From the NCBI GenBank assembly GCA_015059405.1, contig SVAL01000004.1:25817-89816 (forward strand): 64,000 nucleotides of DNA, read 5' to 3'. Shown here in pieces: positions 50,011-59,601 of this stretch. The first letter of the stretch is position 1. The number at the start of each line of letters is the position of its first letter. A program made the translations under genes and the position numbers. The stretch is from Bacillota bacterium (lineage in GTDB: Bacteria; Bacillota_I; Bacilli_A; RF39; UBA660). The notes under the pieces were generated by a model that saw only the letters and a list, made by a program, of their open reading frames with translations, ran no database searches and had not been told where the DNA came from.

Positions 50011-50211
50011 AATTCACTCCCTATTTCGCAGTGCCTCTTGATAGTAGCACACCCAAAATCTCAAAGTCAATCGACTATCATTCATATAAACTGAATTATG
50101 TCTCAAAAATCCATTATTTCGAATTTAACACTCAATTTTACCTCAAAAATCATCATTTAATTATTAAAAATGCATTACAAGAACAAAAAAAGAATGGTAA
50201 AAACCACTCTT

Positions 50212-50937
50212 TTATAACCAAATATCATCTACTAAAGGTTTAAATCTATATAATTGTGTTGGTCTATATCCTTTATTATCAACCTTATCATTACATTTTT
50301 CTACATACTTAATAATTCTTTTTCTAAAATTAGATTTATCTACTTGTTTATCCTTTACTAATTCATAAACTATTCTAACATCTTCTAAAGTAAACTCTTT
50401 TGGCATGAACTTAAACATAATATCCGAACTATCAAGCATCGTTCTTAGTCTCTTATAACTAACTAGTATTTCAAGTAAAGTCTTTTCAATACTAACATCA
50501 TCTACATAAATATTATGAACATAATCAACATTTCTATCACTAAATCTTTCAACAGTTTTATATTCATACATATTATTACCAAACTTAATTAAAGAATTAT
50601 TACTTATACTAAAATCAATTAATTTATATTCACTAGATAAATTATTAATATTTTCTATATTAGTAACACTCAAAAAAACAATATCAATACTATCATTAAA
50701 ATATTTCTTATCTCCTAACGCAAATACCTGTTCTAAATGAAAGATATCAGAATTAATAATACTAGATATATAATTCTTAATAAAACCTTTTAAACCAGAT
50801 CCATCATCGTAATTTATACTAGGTAAAGTATTATTATTCTTAACTAATAATTTTAATTTCTTATTATCATTTTTTCTAATATTATTACTAGACTCAGTAT
50901 CTAATACAAATAAACAACTAACTAAATTAATCTTCAT
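50212..50937 (-). CDS. NrtR-like regulator: degenerate Nudix-like N-domain plus C-terminal winged helix
   Basis: C-terminal FTLEDVRIVYELVKDKQVDKSNFRKRIIKYVEK...GYRPTQLYRF matches the NrtR winged-helix signature (F.L..L...YE......DK.NFR.K.........RPA.LYRF) as I recall it. No intact Nudix box is seen. Confidence 0.6.
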   Translation of the reverse strand: MKINLVSCLFVLDTESSNNIRKNDNKKLKLLVKNNNTLPSINYDDGSGLKGFIKNYISSIINSDIFHLEQVFALGDKKYFNDSIDIVFLSVTNIENINNLSSEYKLIDFSISNNSLIKFGNNMYEYKTVERFSDRNVDYVHNIYVDDVSIEKTLLEILVSYKRLRTMLDSSDIMFKFMPKEFTLEDVRIVYELVKDKQVDKSNFRKRIIKYVEKCNDKVDNKGYRPTQLYRFKPLVDDIWL

Positions 50938-51010
50938 AAACTACCTCACTAAATAGTATATCAATATATTGCATATAGTATACCACACTATAAGTAAAAT
51001 AAAAAGATAA

Positions 51011-51991
51011 CTACTTAGTTATCTTCATATATATTTCATTAAATTTATCTATATTTTCATAATACAATAAAAACTCTTTTATCATTGACTTAGTACCATC
51101 TATATAATTATTTTCTTTTTTATTATTCTTAGAAAACATATAATTTAACCATTGTAACTTACCATTTAAACAAGAAAATAAACAACTTCTAAAATCATCT
51201 TTTATCTTACCATAACTATTTAAATAACTTCTTAAATACTCTTCATAAAAACTATAATTTATTTTTTTATTTATTCTAGAAAAAGTAAATGCACTTTCAC
51301 ATAAACAACATGTTGGATTAGAAAGTCCAGTCGCATCAAAATCTATTAAAAACATTTTATCTTTATCCCATAAAATATTTAATAATTTATAATCATTATG
51401 ACTAATACATAAATTACTCTTTATATCTTTTAAATTAGAATTACACATATTAACTATTTCTTTTAATTTATCTAAATTATCACTAATTAAATTATAAAGA
51501 TCAATATCTTTCTTCTTAACTATCTTTAACTGTTTATCAAAATCTATATTAATATGTTTATAAAAACAAGTTAAACTACTAGAAATATTTAATTTATGAA
51601 TCTTACTTTGAGTAGTTGCTAAAGTAGAAATATGTTTTAAAGTTATTTCCTTTTCTTCTATCGGTCTACTAATAGAATAATCATATACTACATAATAATG
51701 TTTCTTAAAAAATATAAAACTATTATCATTAACCATTATCGGTAAAATTGTCTTTATACCATTATCATTTAATACTTTACTTATTCTTATTTGTTCTTTT
51801 CTTTTTCTTAAATAATAATAATTCTTAATCGCATCCAAAGAAAACTCTTTAACTACATAAAAACCTTTATCAGTATTAACTTTATATACTTTGTTTTGAC
51901 TTCCATTTAAAATAGATACATCTAATATTTCATATTCTCCATATCTTTTTAAAACATTTTTTAATTTATTTAAAACACTTTTATTAACCAT
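51011..51991 (-). CDS. Phosphotransferase enzyme family protein (APH/choline-kinase/CotS-like)
   Basis: Brenner motif ISHNDYKLLNILW and the IDFD metal-binding motif. N-terminal nucleotide-binding lysine region YKVNTDKGFYVVKEF. Confidence 0.75.
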   Translation of the reverse strand: MVNKSVLNKLKNVLKRYGEYEILDVSILNGSQNKVYKVNTDKGFYVVKEFSLDAIKNYYYLRKRKEQIRISKVLNDNGIKTILPIMVNDNSFIFFKKHYYVVYDYSISRPIEEKEITLKHISTLATTQSKIHKLNISSSLTCFYKHINIDFDKQLKIVKKKDIDLYNLISDNLDKLKEIVNMCNSNLKDIKSNLCISHNDYKLLNILWDKDKMFLIDFDATGLSNPTCCLCESAFTFSRINKKINYSFYEEYLRSYLNSYGKIKDDFRSCLFSCLNGKLQWLNYMFSKNNKKENNYIDGTKSMIKEFLLYYENIDKFNEIYMKITK

Positions 51992-53121
51992 TACTCCACC
52001 TCATAATCCTTACACTTAAGTGGTTTATATTTAATAAAAGCACTTATAAATACAAAGAATACAGCTATATATATCATTACTTTTAAATCTTCAACAAAGA
52101 AATAACAAATTATTAAAATAATACTTCTAAATACACTTAATACCAATTCATAAACTAAATTATAATTGGAATACTCAAACTTTTTACTTAATGAATACAT
52201 CTCTTTTGAAATAGATAATTCATACATCTTAGTAGCTATACCTTCTAAGAAAGCTATTAAAACTAAAACATAAGTAGTAAAACTTACCTTTAATAAATAA
52301 ACAATAACCATAAATATAATACTTAAAGATAAATAATTAGTCTTCTTATCATTAATCTTTTTACCATAAAAATATGCAAAAACTATAGTAGATAAATTAG
52401 TTAATAAATTCATGATTCCTATTGTTTGATAATTATCTTTTACATATATAAATAAATATAAAGAAAATAAAAATTTAATAACATTTATACTTTCATAAGC
52501 ACCAAATATATATAAATTATTAATTGGAATTTTCTTAATCGTTTTAATTAAACTAATCTTTGTATCATTCTTTTCATGTTCAAATTTAAGTTTATATAAA
52601 GGAAATAAACTAAATAAAAATAATAACATCGATATTAAAGTTAAAACCTCTATACTTATAAAATCCAAAAATAAAGCCCCTACATAAGAAGAAATAATTA
52701 ATGCTACTTGATTAACTATACTAATTAAAGAATATGAATTAGATATATCTTTCTTATGTATTACTTTTAAATTATAGAATCTTCTTGATAACCAATATTC
52801 AAGTCGATATATCGCATAAAAAAACGATAATATAATTATATAAAAACTACTATAAGATATCTGTGTTAATAAATACTGCACAAGTACAAAAGAAAATATT
52901 CCTGTTAAAGCTAAAAGACGATTACTATACTTTTTAGCTATATAAATACTAGGATAAACTAAAAGTACAATAAATAAATTTACTATTAAATAATATAGAA
53001 TTACTTCTTTTAAAGAATATCCAAATTTATATAAAATAATAGGAATAAATACTTCTATTAAATTTCTAGAAAACGTAGATAAAAATACATATAAATTAAA
53101 TTTCTTTTGATTACTATCCAT
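51991..53121 (-). CDS. Polytopic membrane protein, MFS-like
   Basis: About 10-12 predicted TM helices. Its stop overlaps the start of the downstream kinase-like gene. Confidence 0.5.
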   Translation of the reverse strand: MDSNQKKFNLYVFLSTFSRNLIEVFIPIILYKFGYSLKEVILYYLIVNLFIVLLVYPSIYIAKKYSNRLLALTGIFSFVLVQYLLTQISYSSFYIIILSFFYAIYRLEYWLSRRFYNLKVIHKKDISNSYSLISIVNQVALIISSYVGALFLDFISIEVLTLISMLLFLFSLFPLYKLKFEHEKNDTKISLIKTIKKIPINNLYIFGAYESINVIKFLFSLYLFIYVKDNYQTIGIMNLLTNLSTIVFAYFYGKKINDKKTNYLSLSIIFMVIVYLLKVSFTTYVLVLIAFLEGIATKMYELSISKEMYSLSKKFEYSNYNLVYELVLSVFRSIILIICYFFVEDLKVMIYIAVFFVFISAFIKYKPLKCKDYEVE

Positions 53122-53184
53122 CTTACCACTATCCTATCATCTTAATTATAGCATAACAAAAATAAAAAACCCACAATACGTGGA

Positions 53185-54276
53185 TTAATTACTCTTCTTT
53201 ATGTCAATTACTACATATTCTGAATTATGTGATGTCCTAATAGGATAACCCCATCCTGCTACACCACTAGATACAATCACATCCATATTATCAAATCTTC
53301 CATAACCATAAGATAAATCAGCAGTATGAAATAATTTTATAAACATTTCTATTGGAAATATTTGTCCTCCATGAGTATGTCCAGATACAATTAAATCTAT
53401 TCCAAAATCTATATTTTCTAAGTATTCAACCGGTTGATGATCTACCATAATAAGATAATTATCTTTTGATACATCTAAATATGTATCAATATCTTTTCTT
53501 CCCATACTATAATCATTACGCCCAGCAATAACTATATTACTATTAATAGGCATATAATTATCATTTAAAATATAAATATTATTAGTAGTAATTGCTTCAT
53601 TTAATTCATCATAACTATACTTTCTATTCATATTATATTGTTGTTCATCATGATTTCCATATACAAAATAAATACCATATTTATTCTTTATACTACCAAA
53701 AACTTTAAATATATATTCCATCTCTTCTTTAGTAGTACCCTCATCAACTATATCTCCACCAAGAATTACAACATCTGCACTAACTTCATCTAGTCTCTTT
53801 TTTAATTTATCTAAATTAGACTTCTTAAAAATATCTCCATAATGTGAATCAGTAAGTAATAAAACCCTTATATCTTCTCCTATTTCCTTATCAGTATAAA
53901 TAGTATATTTTGTTTCTACTATATTTATCATATTAATAAATCCATATCCTAAAACAATAATAGATATCATCAAAGGTAAAAGACAAAGTTTATATATATT
54001 TATAATTTTTTTATTCTTAATAAACTTTTTAAATATTAAATATATTAAATCTATAATTAAAGATATACATATAAAATGCATAAAGAAGACACCAATAATA
54101 CTAAATAAATTAATACTTAATAAAGTAAAAATAATAACTAATAAAATAAGAATTCTTTTTTTCTTTAAAATATCTTTATTAAAAACAGAAATAATTCTAT
54201 TAATTAATCTATAATAATAAAAACCAATCCCAAATAATAATAAAAATAACAAAAATAATATTAATATATATAACAT
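53185..54276 (-). CDS. Membrane-anchored metallophosphoesterase (calcineurin-like)
   Basis: LLLTDSHYG, LGGDIVDE, GNHD and SGHTHGGQ motifs, after about 3 N-terminal TM helices. Confidence 0.85.
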   Translation of the reverse strand: MLYILILFLLFLLLFGIGFYYYRLINRIISVFNKDILKKKRILILLVIIFTLLSINLFSIIGVFFMHFICISLIIDLIYLIFKKFIKNKKIINIYKLCLLPLMISIIVLGYGFINMINIVETKYTIYTDKEIGEDIRVLLLTDSHYGDIFKKSNLDKLKKRLDEVSADVVILGGDIVDEGTTKEEMEYIFKVFGSIKNKYGIYFVYGNHDEQQYNMNRKYSYDELNEAITTNNIYILNDNYMPINSNIVIAGRNDYSMGRKDIDTYLDVSKDNYLIMVDHQPVEYLENIDFGIDLIVSGHTHGGQIFPIEMFIKLFHTADLSYGYGRFDNMDVIVSSGVAGWGYPIRTSHNSEYVVIDIKKSN

Positions 54277-54316
54277 AAAATCACCTATAATTATATTATA
54301 TCACTAAAAAATAGTA

Positions 54317-54946
54317 TCATTCGATACTATTATTTTTTTTCTTAAAATAAGAAACAGTAAATATAACTATTACAATAAATACAATACTTATAATTAATCT
54401 AATATATAAAGAATTAATATCTTTAGAAATAACAGAATCATTTACTTTCGCAAGTTCAGTAGTACTAAATTGAATATTAATACCATCTTCTAAAGAATCC
54501 CATTTATATACATTATTATCCACACTTTTACTATTACTACGTATAACTTTTTTATCAGTCTTAAAATAAACTTCGGTATTATAATTACTACAATAATAAT
54601 CTCCTTCAGTTTTTATAAGAATGTAATCATCTTCTTTAATAATATATACATCTTCAAAACAAGTATTAATAAGAGGAGATTTTATTAATTCACTTCCCAT
54701 ATCATAAGAATAAATCTTTTCATTCTTATCATTAGTTTTATACATATAAGAATTATTTTCATCTATTTCTAAATACTTACTACCACTTTCATATTTAATT
54801 AAATTTCTTTCATCTTCTTTACTTATATTAGAAATAATTAATTCTTCACTAAATTTATCATCTTCATAAGTAAGAGTATATTTACTAGTACAACCACTAA
54901 TTAAAAATAACATTATAAATATAAAAATTAATTTAAATCTTTTCAT
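54317..54946 (-). CDS. Lipoprotein with a C-terminal TM helix, unknown function
   Basis: Lipobox LFLISGC at residues 13-19. C-terminal hydrophobic helix. Confidence 0.55.
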   Translation of the reverse strand: MKRFKLIFIFIMLFLISGCTSKYTLTYEDDKFSEELIISNISKEDERNLIKYESGSKYLEIDENNSYMYKTNDKNEKIYSYDMGSELIKSPLINTCFEDVYIIKEDDYILIKTEGDYYCSNYNTEVYFKTDKKVIRSNSKSVDNNVYKWDSLEDGINIQFSTTELAKVNDSVISKDINSLYIRLIISIVFIVIVIFTVSYFKKKNNSIE

Positions 54947-54964
54947 ATTAACCTCCTACTTATA

Positions 54965-55978
54965 TTAATAATAACCAATTATATAACCAAATGGATCAGA
55001 ACGTTCTGATGGAAAAGTATAAAATTTATAAATAGAACCATATACATTATATATAACTGTTTTATCTTTTATATAATTATTTCTATTTTTAATATCCGAA
55101 GGACTTGTAAGAACTTTACCATTTACTTCTATTTTACAAATATCCCCAGTATTACTATTCATATCACATTTTCTTTTATTACAAAACCAACAATCATGTT
55201 CAACTATATTAGATGGCATAGTTCTATTACCATTAACCAAAACATCTTTAACAGCAGCTAGTATTTCTGGAGTATAACTACCTGTATCCATATGTTTTGC
55301 TGCATTAGCAAACCAACCACTAGTTCTAACATAATTATATAGACCAGTTGCTCCAGTTCCATACTTTTCTTTAGAAGCACGTTCAAATAAATTAGCCATT
55401 AATGATGCCTCAGCTGCCGCACCATTTACACTTCCTTGTTCTGCCATACATACACGTGCTAATGCTACTAATTGCAAATCTGTTAAATTATATTTTGTAG
55501 AAGAAAACTTTTCACCACTAACACTATTATTATTACCATTTGCATTTTCTAATCTTGATTGTTCACGAAGTTCTTCAAAAGCCTTTCTCTCAGCTTCATA
55601 ATCTTTCTTTTCTTTTTCTATTCTTTGCTTTTCTAACTGTCTTTCAGCTGCTTCTAATGCTCTAAAACTAGCAATAGTACTACTATTAGCATTAGTCCAA
55701 CAAGAACCAACACTATAAGATTGTTGATTCAAAAGATTTAAAAGTAAATTAACAAATGTAGGTACAAAAAACACAGAAACAGCCGCAATAGTTCTTCCAA
55801 TAATCTTCTTTATATCCAAACTATAATTAGTATCACTAGAAGTAACCATTTTAAAAACATCTATACCCATTAATATAATTAAAATAATAGGTACAATTAT
55901 ACTAATAATATTAATTATTTCTTTTATTAAAAATATAATACTTAAAAAACTAGCTTTTTCACAAATATCTAAATACAT
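54965..55978 (-). CDS. Membrane protein with a coiled coil and a SleB/CwlJ-like (Hydrolase_2-like) C-terminal domain
   Basis: Three N-terminal TM helices and a coiled coil (EAAERQLEKQRIEKEKKDYEAERKAFEELREQ). LVALARVCMAEQGSVNGAAAEASLMANLFER resembles the L.AR.I.AEA.GE...G..AV..V..NR core of spore-cortex-lytic-type hydrolases. Weak by-eye call. Confidence 0.4.
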   Translation of the reverse strand: MYLDICEKASFLSIIFLIKEIINIISIIVPIILIILMGIDVFKMVTSSDTNYSLDIKKIIGRTIAAVSVFFVPTFVNLLLNLLNQQSYSVGSCWTNANSSTIASFRALEAAERQLEKQRIEKEKKDYEAERKAFEELREQSRLENANGNNNSVSGEKFSSTKYNLTDLQLVALARVCMAEQGSVNGAAAEASLMANLFERASKEKYGTGATGLYNYVRTSGWFANAAKHMDTGSYTPEILAAVKDVLVNGNRTMPSNIVEHDCWFCNKRKCDMNSNTGDICKIEVNGKVLTSPSDIKNRNNYIKDKTVIYNVYGSIYKFYTFPSERSDPFGYIIGYY

Positions 55979-56022
55979 ATACTACACCTACTTATAAATA
56001 GATAAATGTAAAATAAATATTA

Positions 56023-57288
56023 CTACTTATCTATACATAAATCCAAATTACTAATAATTTCTTCTTTATTCATATGTTGACCAATAAATACAAGTTTTAC
56101 CATTCTGTCCCCATATTTTTCATCCCAGTCTTTTTCTAACTTTGGTTCAATTTTACGTAATTTATCAGACTCTTCTTTAGGAAGCATACAAAACCATTCT
56201 CCTGCTTCCATCAAAGTCTTTTGCATTCCTGCTTGTTCAAATAAATAACTCATATTATCCTCATCTGAAAAATATAAAACACCTTTACAACGAATAATAG
56301 ACTTATCAAACTTATTATTTATAAAATCAATAAATTTTTCACGATTAAATCCTTCTCTAATATAGTATACAAAAGTTGTAATACCATATTCACTCTCACC
56401 ATGACTATGACATCCACAGTGGCATTCACCATCTTTGTGATCATGTCCACAACAACATTCATGACCTTCTTCATGATGATGACAACATTCTTCTTCACCA
56501 TCATGTTCATCACAACATTTATGTTCATGATGATGTTCATGATCATGCACTTCATCATGATTTTCTATTCCTTCAACCCATCCAGCTGATGAAATTGCTT
56601 TTTCAAAATCAAATAATTTTACATCTAAAATTTGATCTAGATCAACTTTAGCATAATTAGTATCAATTACTTTAGCATGAGGTTGTAATTGCTTAATAAC
56701 AGTTTTAACTTTATTTAATTCTAACTCACTAACTTCATCAACCTTATTTAAAACAACTATGTCACAAAACTCTAATTGTTGAATAATTAAATTACCTATA
56801 TCATCACTAGCTAATTCTTTTTCTACTAAATTATCACCACAACCAAATTCAGAAACAAGTCTTAAACTATCTGTAACAGTAATTACAGAATCAAGTCTAA
56901 CTATTTCAGGAAGACCTTCTTCAGCCATCATATCATTCATAGTAATAATTGATTGCGCTATTGGTATAGGTTCACATATTCCACTAGCTTCAATAAGTAA
57001 ATAATCAAATTTACCCATATCATATATCTCGGCAATTTGTTCAATTAAATCTGCCTTTAAATTACAACAAATACACCCATTAGATAATGCTACTAAATTA
57101 CTATCTTTTTCAGTAACTACTCCACCTTTTTGAATTAGATCTGCATCTATATTTACTTCTCCAATATCATTAACAATAACTGCTATTTTATATCCTTTTT
57201 GATTATTTAAAATGTGATTAATTAAAGTAGTCTTTCCACTACCTAAATAACCAGTTAATAATGTAATTGGTAAAACTTTTAAATTCAT
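56023..57288 (-). CDS. COG0523/CobW-family GTPase (zinc metallochaperone-like) with an unusually Cys/His-rich linker
   Basis: GYLGSGKTTL P-loop and GCICC metal-binding motif. The linker HDEVHDHEHHHEHKCCDEHDGEEECCHHHEEGHECCCGHDHKDGECHCGCHSHGE is followed by the CobW C-terminal domain. Start trimmed to MNLKV (ATG 57286-57288). Confidence 0.85.
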   Translation of the reverse strand: MNLKVLPITLLTGYLGSGKTTLINHILNNQKGYKIAVIVNDIGEVNIDADLIQKGGVVTEKDSNLVALSNGCICCNLKADLIEQIAEIYDMGKFDYLLIEASGICEPIPIAQSIITMNDMMAEEGLPEIVRLDSVITVTDSLRLVSEFGCGDNLVEKELASDDIGNLIIQQLEFCDIVVLNKVDEVSELELNKVKTVIKQLQPHAKVIDTNYAKVDLDQILDVKLFDFEKAISSAGWVEGIENHDEVHDHEHHHEHKCCDEHDGEEECCHHHEEGHECCCGHDHKDGECHCGCHSHGESEYGITTFVYYIREGFNREKFIDFINNKFDKSIIRCKGVLYFSDEDNMSYLFEQAGMQKTLMEAGEWFCMLPKEESDKLRKIEPKLEKDWDEKYGDRMVKLVFIGQHMNKEEIISNLDLCIDK

Positions 57289-57351
57289 ATTATCACCCAT
57301 AAAAATTATATCATACTATTTACAAAAATAATAAATCATGATTAAATAAAA

Positions 57352-57450
57352 TTATCTTTTATTAAGAACGAGGGAGAGACTAAGCTCAGTGAACTCGTAC
57401 CAACCTGCATTATGTAAGGTGGTAAAGCTAGAACGATGAAGGAAAGAACT
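57352..57450 (+). promoter_or_regulatory. SAM-I (S-box) riboswitch aptamer in the metK leader
   Basis: P1 UCUUUU/GAAAGA. P2 with a kink-turn-like GAG-GGA-GAG[ACUAAG]CUC-AGUGAA-CUC. P3 UACCAACC...GGUGGUA, matching the conserved GCAACC/GGUGC core. It lies upstream of metK, the classical S-box target. Confidence 0.75.
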
Positions 57451-57460
57451 AGATAACTTT

Positions 57461-57490
57461 CAAAGCTCTTTTCTAAAAGAGCTTTTTTTA
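57461..57490 (+). terminator. Riboswitch expression-platform terminator
   Basis: AAAGCTCTTT-TCTAA-AAAGAGCTTT followed by TTTTTT, 25 nt before the metK RBS (GGAGG). Confidence 0.8.
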
Positions 57491-57514
57491 ATAAAAGAAA
57501 AAGAAGGAGGATAT

Positions 57515-58606
57515 ATGAAATATTTTTTTACCAGTGAATCAGTAACTGAAGGTCACCCAGATAAAATGTGTGATAAAATAGCTGATAAAATTCTTGATAG
57601 TGCACTGAAGCAAGATAAAAATTCTAAAATGGCAGTAGAAGCAACTATTAAAGATGATTTAATTTTAATTTACGGAGAAGCAAAAACTAATGCAAAATTA
57701 AACTATGAAAAAATCGCAAAAGAAGTTGTAAAAGAAATTGGTTATGAAGAACAGTTCCAAGTAATAACAAAAATAAGTACACAATCAAGTGAAATTAATA
57801 ATGCCGTACAAAAAGATAAAATATGTGCAGGAGATCAAGGTATAATGTTTGGATATGCTACAAATGAAACAGATACATTTATGCCAATGCCAATATATTA
57901 TGCTCATGAACTAGCTAAGCAACTAACAAAAGTAAGAAGAGAAGATAAAAACTCTCCTCTAAAACCAGATGGAAAAACACAAGTAACTGTTGAATATGAA
58001 GATAATAAACCTATAAGGATAGATACTATTATCGTATCTAGTCAACATACAAAAGAAATAACACAAGAAGAATTAGAAAAATATATAAAAGAAAACGTTA
58101 TAGATAAAATAATTAAAAAAGAATTAATTGATAAAAACACAAAAATACTTATCAACACAAGTGGTTCATTCACAATAGGTGGTCCATTTGGAGACAGTGG
58201 TACAACAGGTAGAAAAATAGTTGTTGATACTTATGGAGGATTCTCTAAAGTTGGTGGTGGATGTTTCTCAAGTAAAGATCCATCTAAAGTAGATAGGAGT
58301 GCTGCATACTATGCAAGATTTGTTGCAAAAAATATTGTTGCCCATAACTTCTGTGATAGATGTGAAATACAACTATCTTATGCAATTGGAAAAGAATATC
58401 CAATATCTATTCATATAGATACATTTGCAACAGAAAAGAAACCACTAAAAGAAATACATAAATATGTAGAAGAAAACTTTAACTTCTCAGTAGATAACAT
58501 AATAAAAGAATTAGATCTACAAAAACCAATATATTATAACCTAGCAGCATATGGACACTTTGGTAGAAAAGATCTAAATCTAACATGGGAACAAATAAAA
58601 GATTAA
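57515..58606 (+). CDS. metK: S-adenosylmethionine synthetase
   Basis: FTSESVTEGHPDKMCDKIAD, GDQGIMFGYA, GGPFGDSGTTGRKI and GGGCFSSKDPSKVDRSAAY motifs. At 363 aa it is at the short end for MetK. Confidence 0.95.
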   Translation: MKYFFTSESVTEGHPDKMCDKIADKILDSALKQDKNSKMAVEATIKDDLILIYGEAKTNAKLNYEKIAKEVVKEIGYEEQFQVITKISTQSSEINNAVQKDKICAGDQGIMFGYATNETDTFMPMPIYYAHELAKQLTKVRREDKNSPLKPDGKTQVTVEYEDNKPIRIDTIIVSSQHTKEITQEELEKYIKENVIDKIIKKELIDKNTKILINTSGSFTIGGPFGDSGTTGRKIVVDTYGGFSKVGGGCFSSKDPSKVDRSAAYYARFVAKNIVAHNFCDRCEIQLSYAIGKEYPISIHIDTFATEKKPLKEIHKYVEENFNFSVDNIIKELDLQKPIYYNLAAYGHFGRKDLNLTWEQIKD

Positions 58607-58622
58607 AAAAACTAAATAAAAC

Positions 58623-58661
58623 AAAAAAAGATATCCACATAAATTGTGAATATCTTTTTTT
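58623..58661. terminator. Bidirectional terminator between metK and the second pilin-like gene
   Basis: AGATATCCACA-TAAAT-TGTGAATATCT has one mismatch, which becomes a G-U pair on the minus transcript. It is flanked by A- and T-runs. Confidence 0.7.
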
Positions 58662-59538
58662 AGCACCAAACTACCGAACCTAACCAGTAAGAAATAGTCT
58701 CATTAATAACATCTGTAACCAAAACAAAAGATGAACATTCTTCATCACCATAATATTGAACATAATTATCTGAAGAAGTATAAATATTATTATTTAACAC
58801 TGAATAACCAGCAGTATTGTATCTACTATCAACCCATTCGCCCCATGTCATTCCTTCTACAAATTCATAGGCATTTCCATTTACCTTAAAAGTTAAGGTA
58901 TTAGGTTTATTCTCTTCTTGCACTTGTTCATAATTGTTCCCCTTTTGTTGAAGTGTACATGTTGTTTTACCATCTCCTGTATTTCCTTCACTTTCTGCTA
59001 CAAGTACTACTAGTTTAGTTGTGTCATTTACTACAAATCCATTCCAATTTTTTAATTCTGTTATAGTTGTTACTTTTCCATTTTTAGGTCTAGATAAACT
59101 AAGCCCTGTTTGTATTTGTTTTCCTTGTTCATTTAACTTTGCTTGACTAGTTGGATATAATCCATATCCTGCACTATCTTTAAACGTATATCCATATGTA
59201 TATGATGATGTTTGGTCATTATATTGTACTAGTACGTATGCCCAGTATGCATTACTTGCTTGATGCCATGCACCAAATGGATTTGTACCGCCTCTTTCAA
59301 GTGCAATACACTCTATTGGTACTGCATATATAGTATTTGCTTCAGTAAATGTATAAGTTAAATCATTTACTTCATTTACCATTGCTGTTATATAGTTTCC
59401 TATTGTACTAACCACTGTTTTCTTTCTTGATTCTGTTATATACTTTGTTACACTAGGAATAGCTATAGCCATAAGTAAACCTAATATTACTATTACCGCT
59501 AAAAGTTCTATTAATGTAAATCCTTTCTTATCTTTCAT
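58660..59538 (-). CDS. Prepilin-type N-terminal cleavage/methylation domain protein, paralogue 2 (different C-terminal domain)
   Basis: MKDKKG|FTLIELLAVIVILGLLMAIAIPSV. By eye, the first 146 aa differ from the 12740-14200 product at only 4 positions. The C-terminal roughly 85 aa (TFKVNGNAYEFVEGMTWGEWV...) are unrelated to it. Confidence 0.85.
   Translation of the reverse strand: MKDKKGFTLIELLAVIVILGLLMAIAIPSVTKYITESRKKTVVSTIGNYITAMVNEVNDLTYTFTEANTIYAVPIECIALERGGTNPFGAWHQASNAYWAYVLVQYNDQTSSYTYGYTFKDSAGYGLYPTSQAKLNEQGKQIQTGLSLSRPKNGKVTTITELKNWNGFVVNDTTKLVVLVAESEGNTGDGKTTCTLQQKGNNYEQVQEENKPNTLTFKVNGNAYEFVEGMTWGEWVDSRYNTAGYSVLNNNIYTSSDNYVQYYGDEECSSFVLVTDVINETISYWLGSVVWC
58921..59538 (-). repeat. 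Copy 2 of the dispersed pilin N-terminal module
   Basis: See copy 1 (13583-14200). Confidence 0.85.
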
Positions 59539-59601
59539 ACCCTACCTCTTTTCATTACATTATTACTATTTTCCCTATTATTTATACTATTATCTATTAT
59601 T

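Noticed and set aside
56319-56589. Two overlapping small ORFs (79 aa minus, 62 aa plus) with M/V/N/T/F-rich repetitive translations.
   Set aside because: They are frame artefacts of the repetitive CAT/CAC/TGT/GAA codons that encode the His/Cys-rich linker of the COG0523 GTPase.
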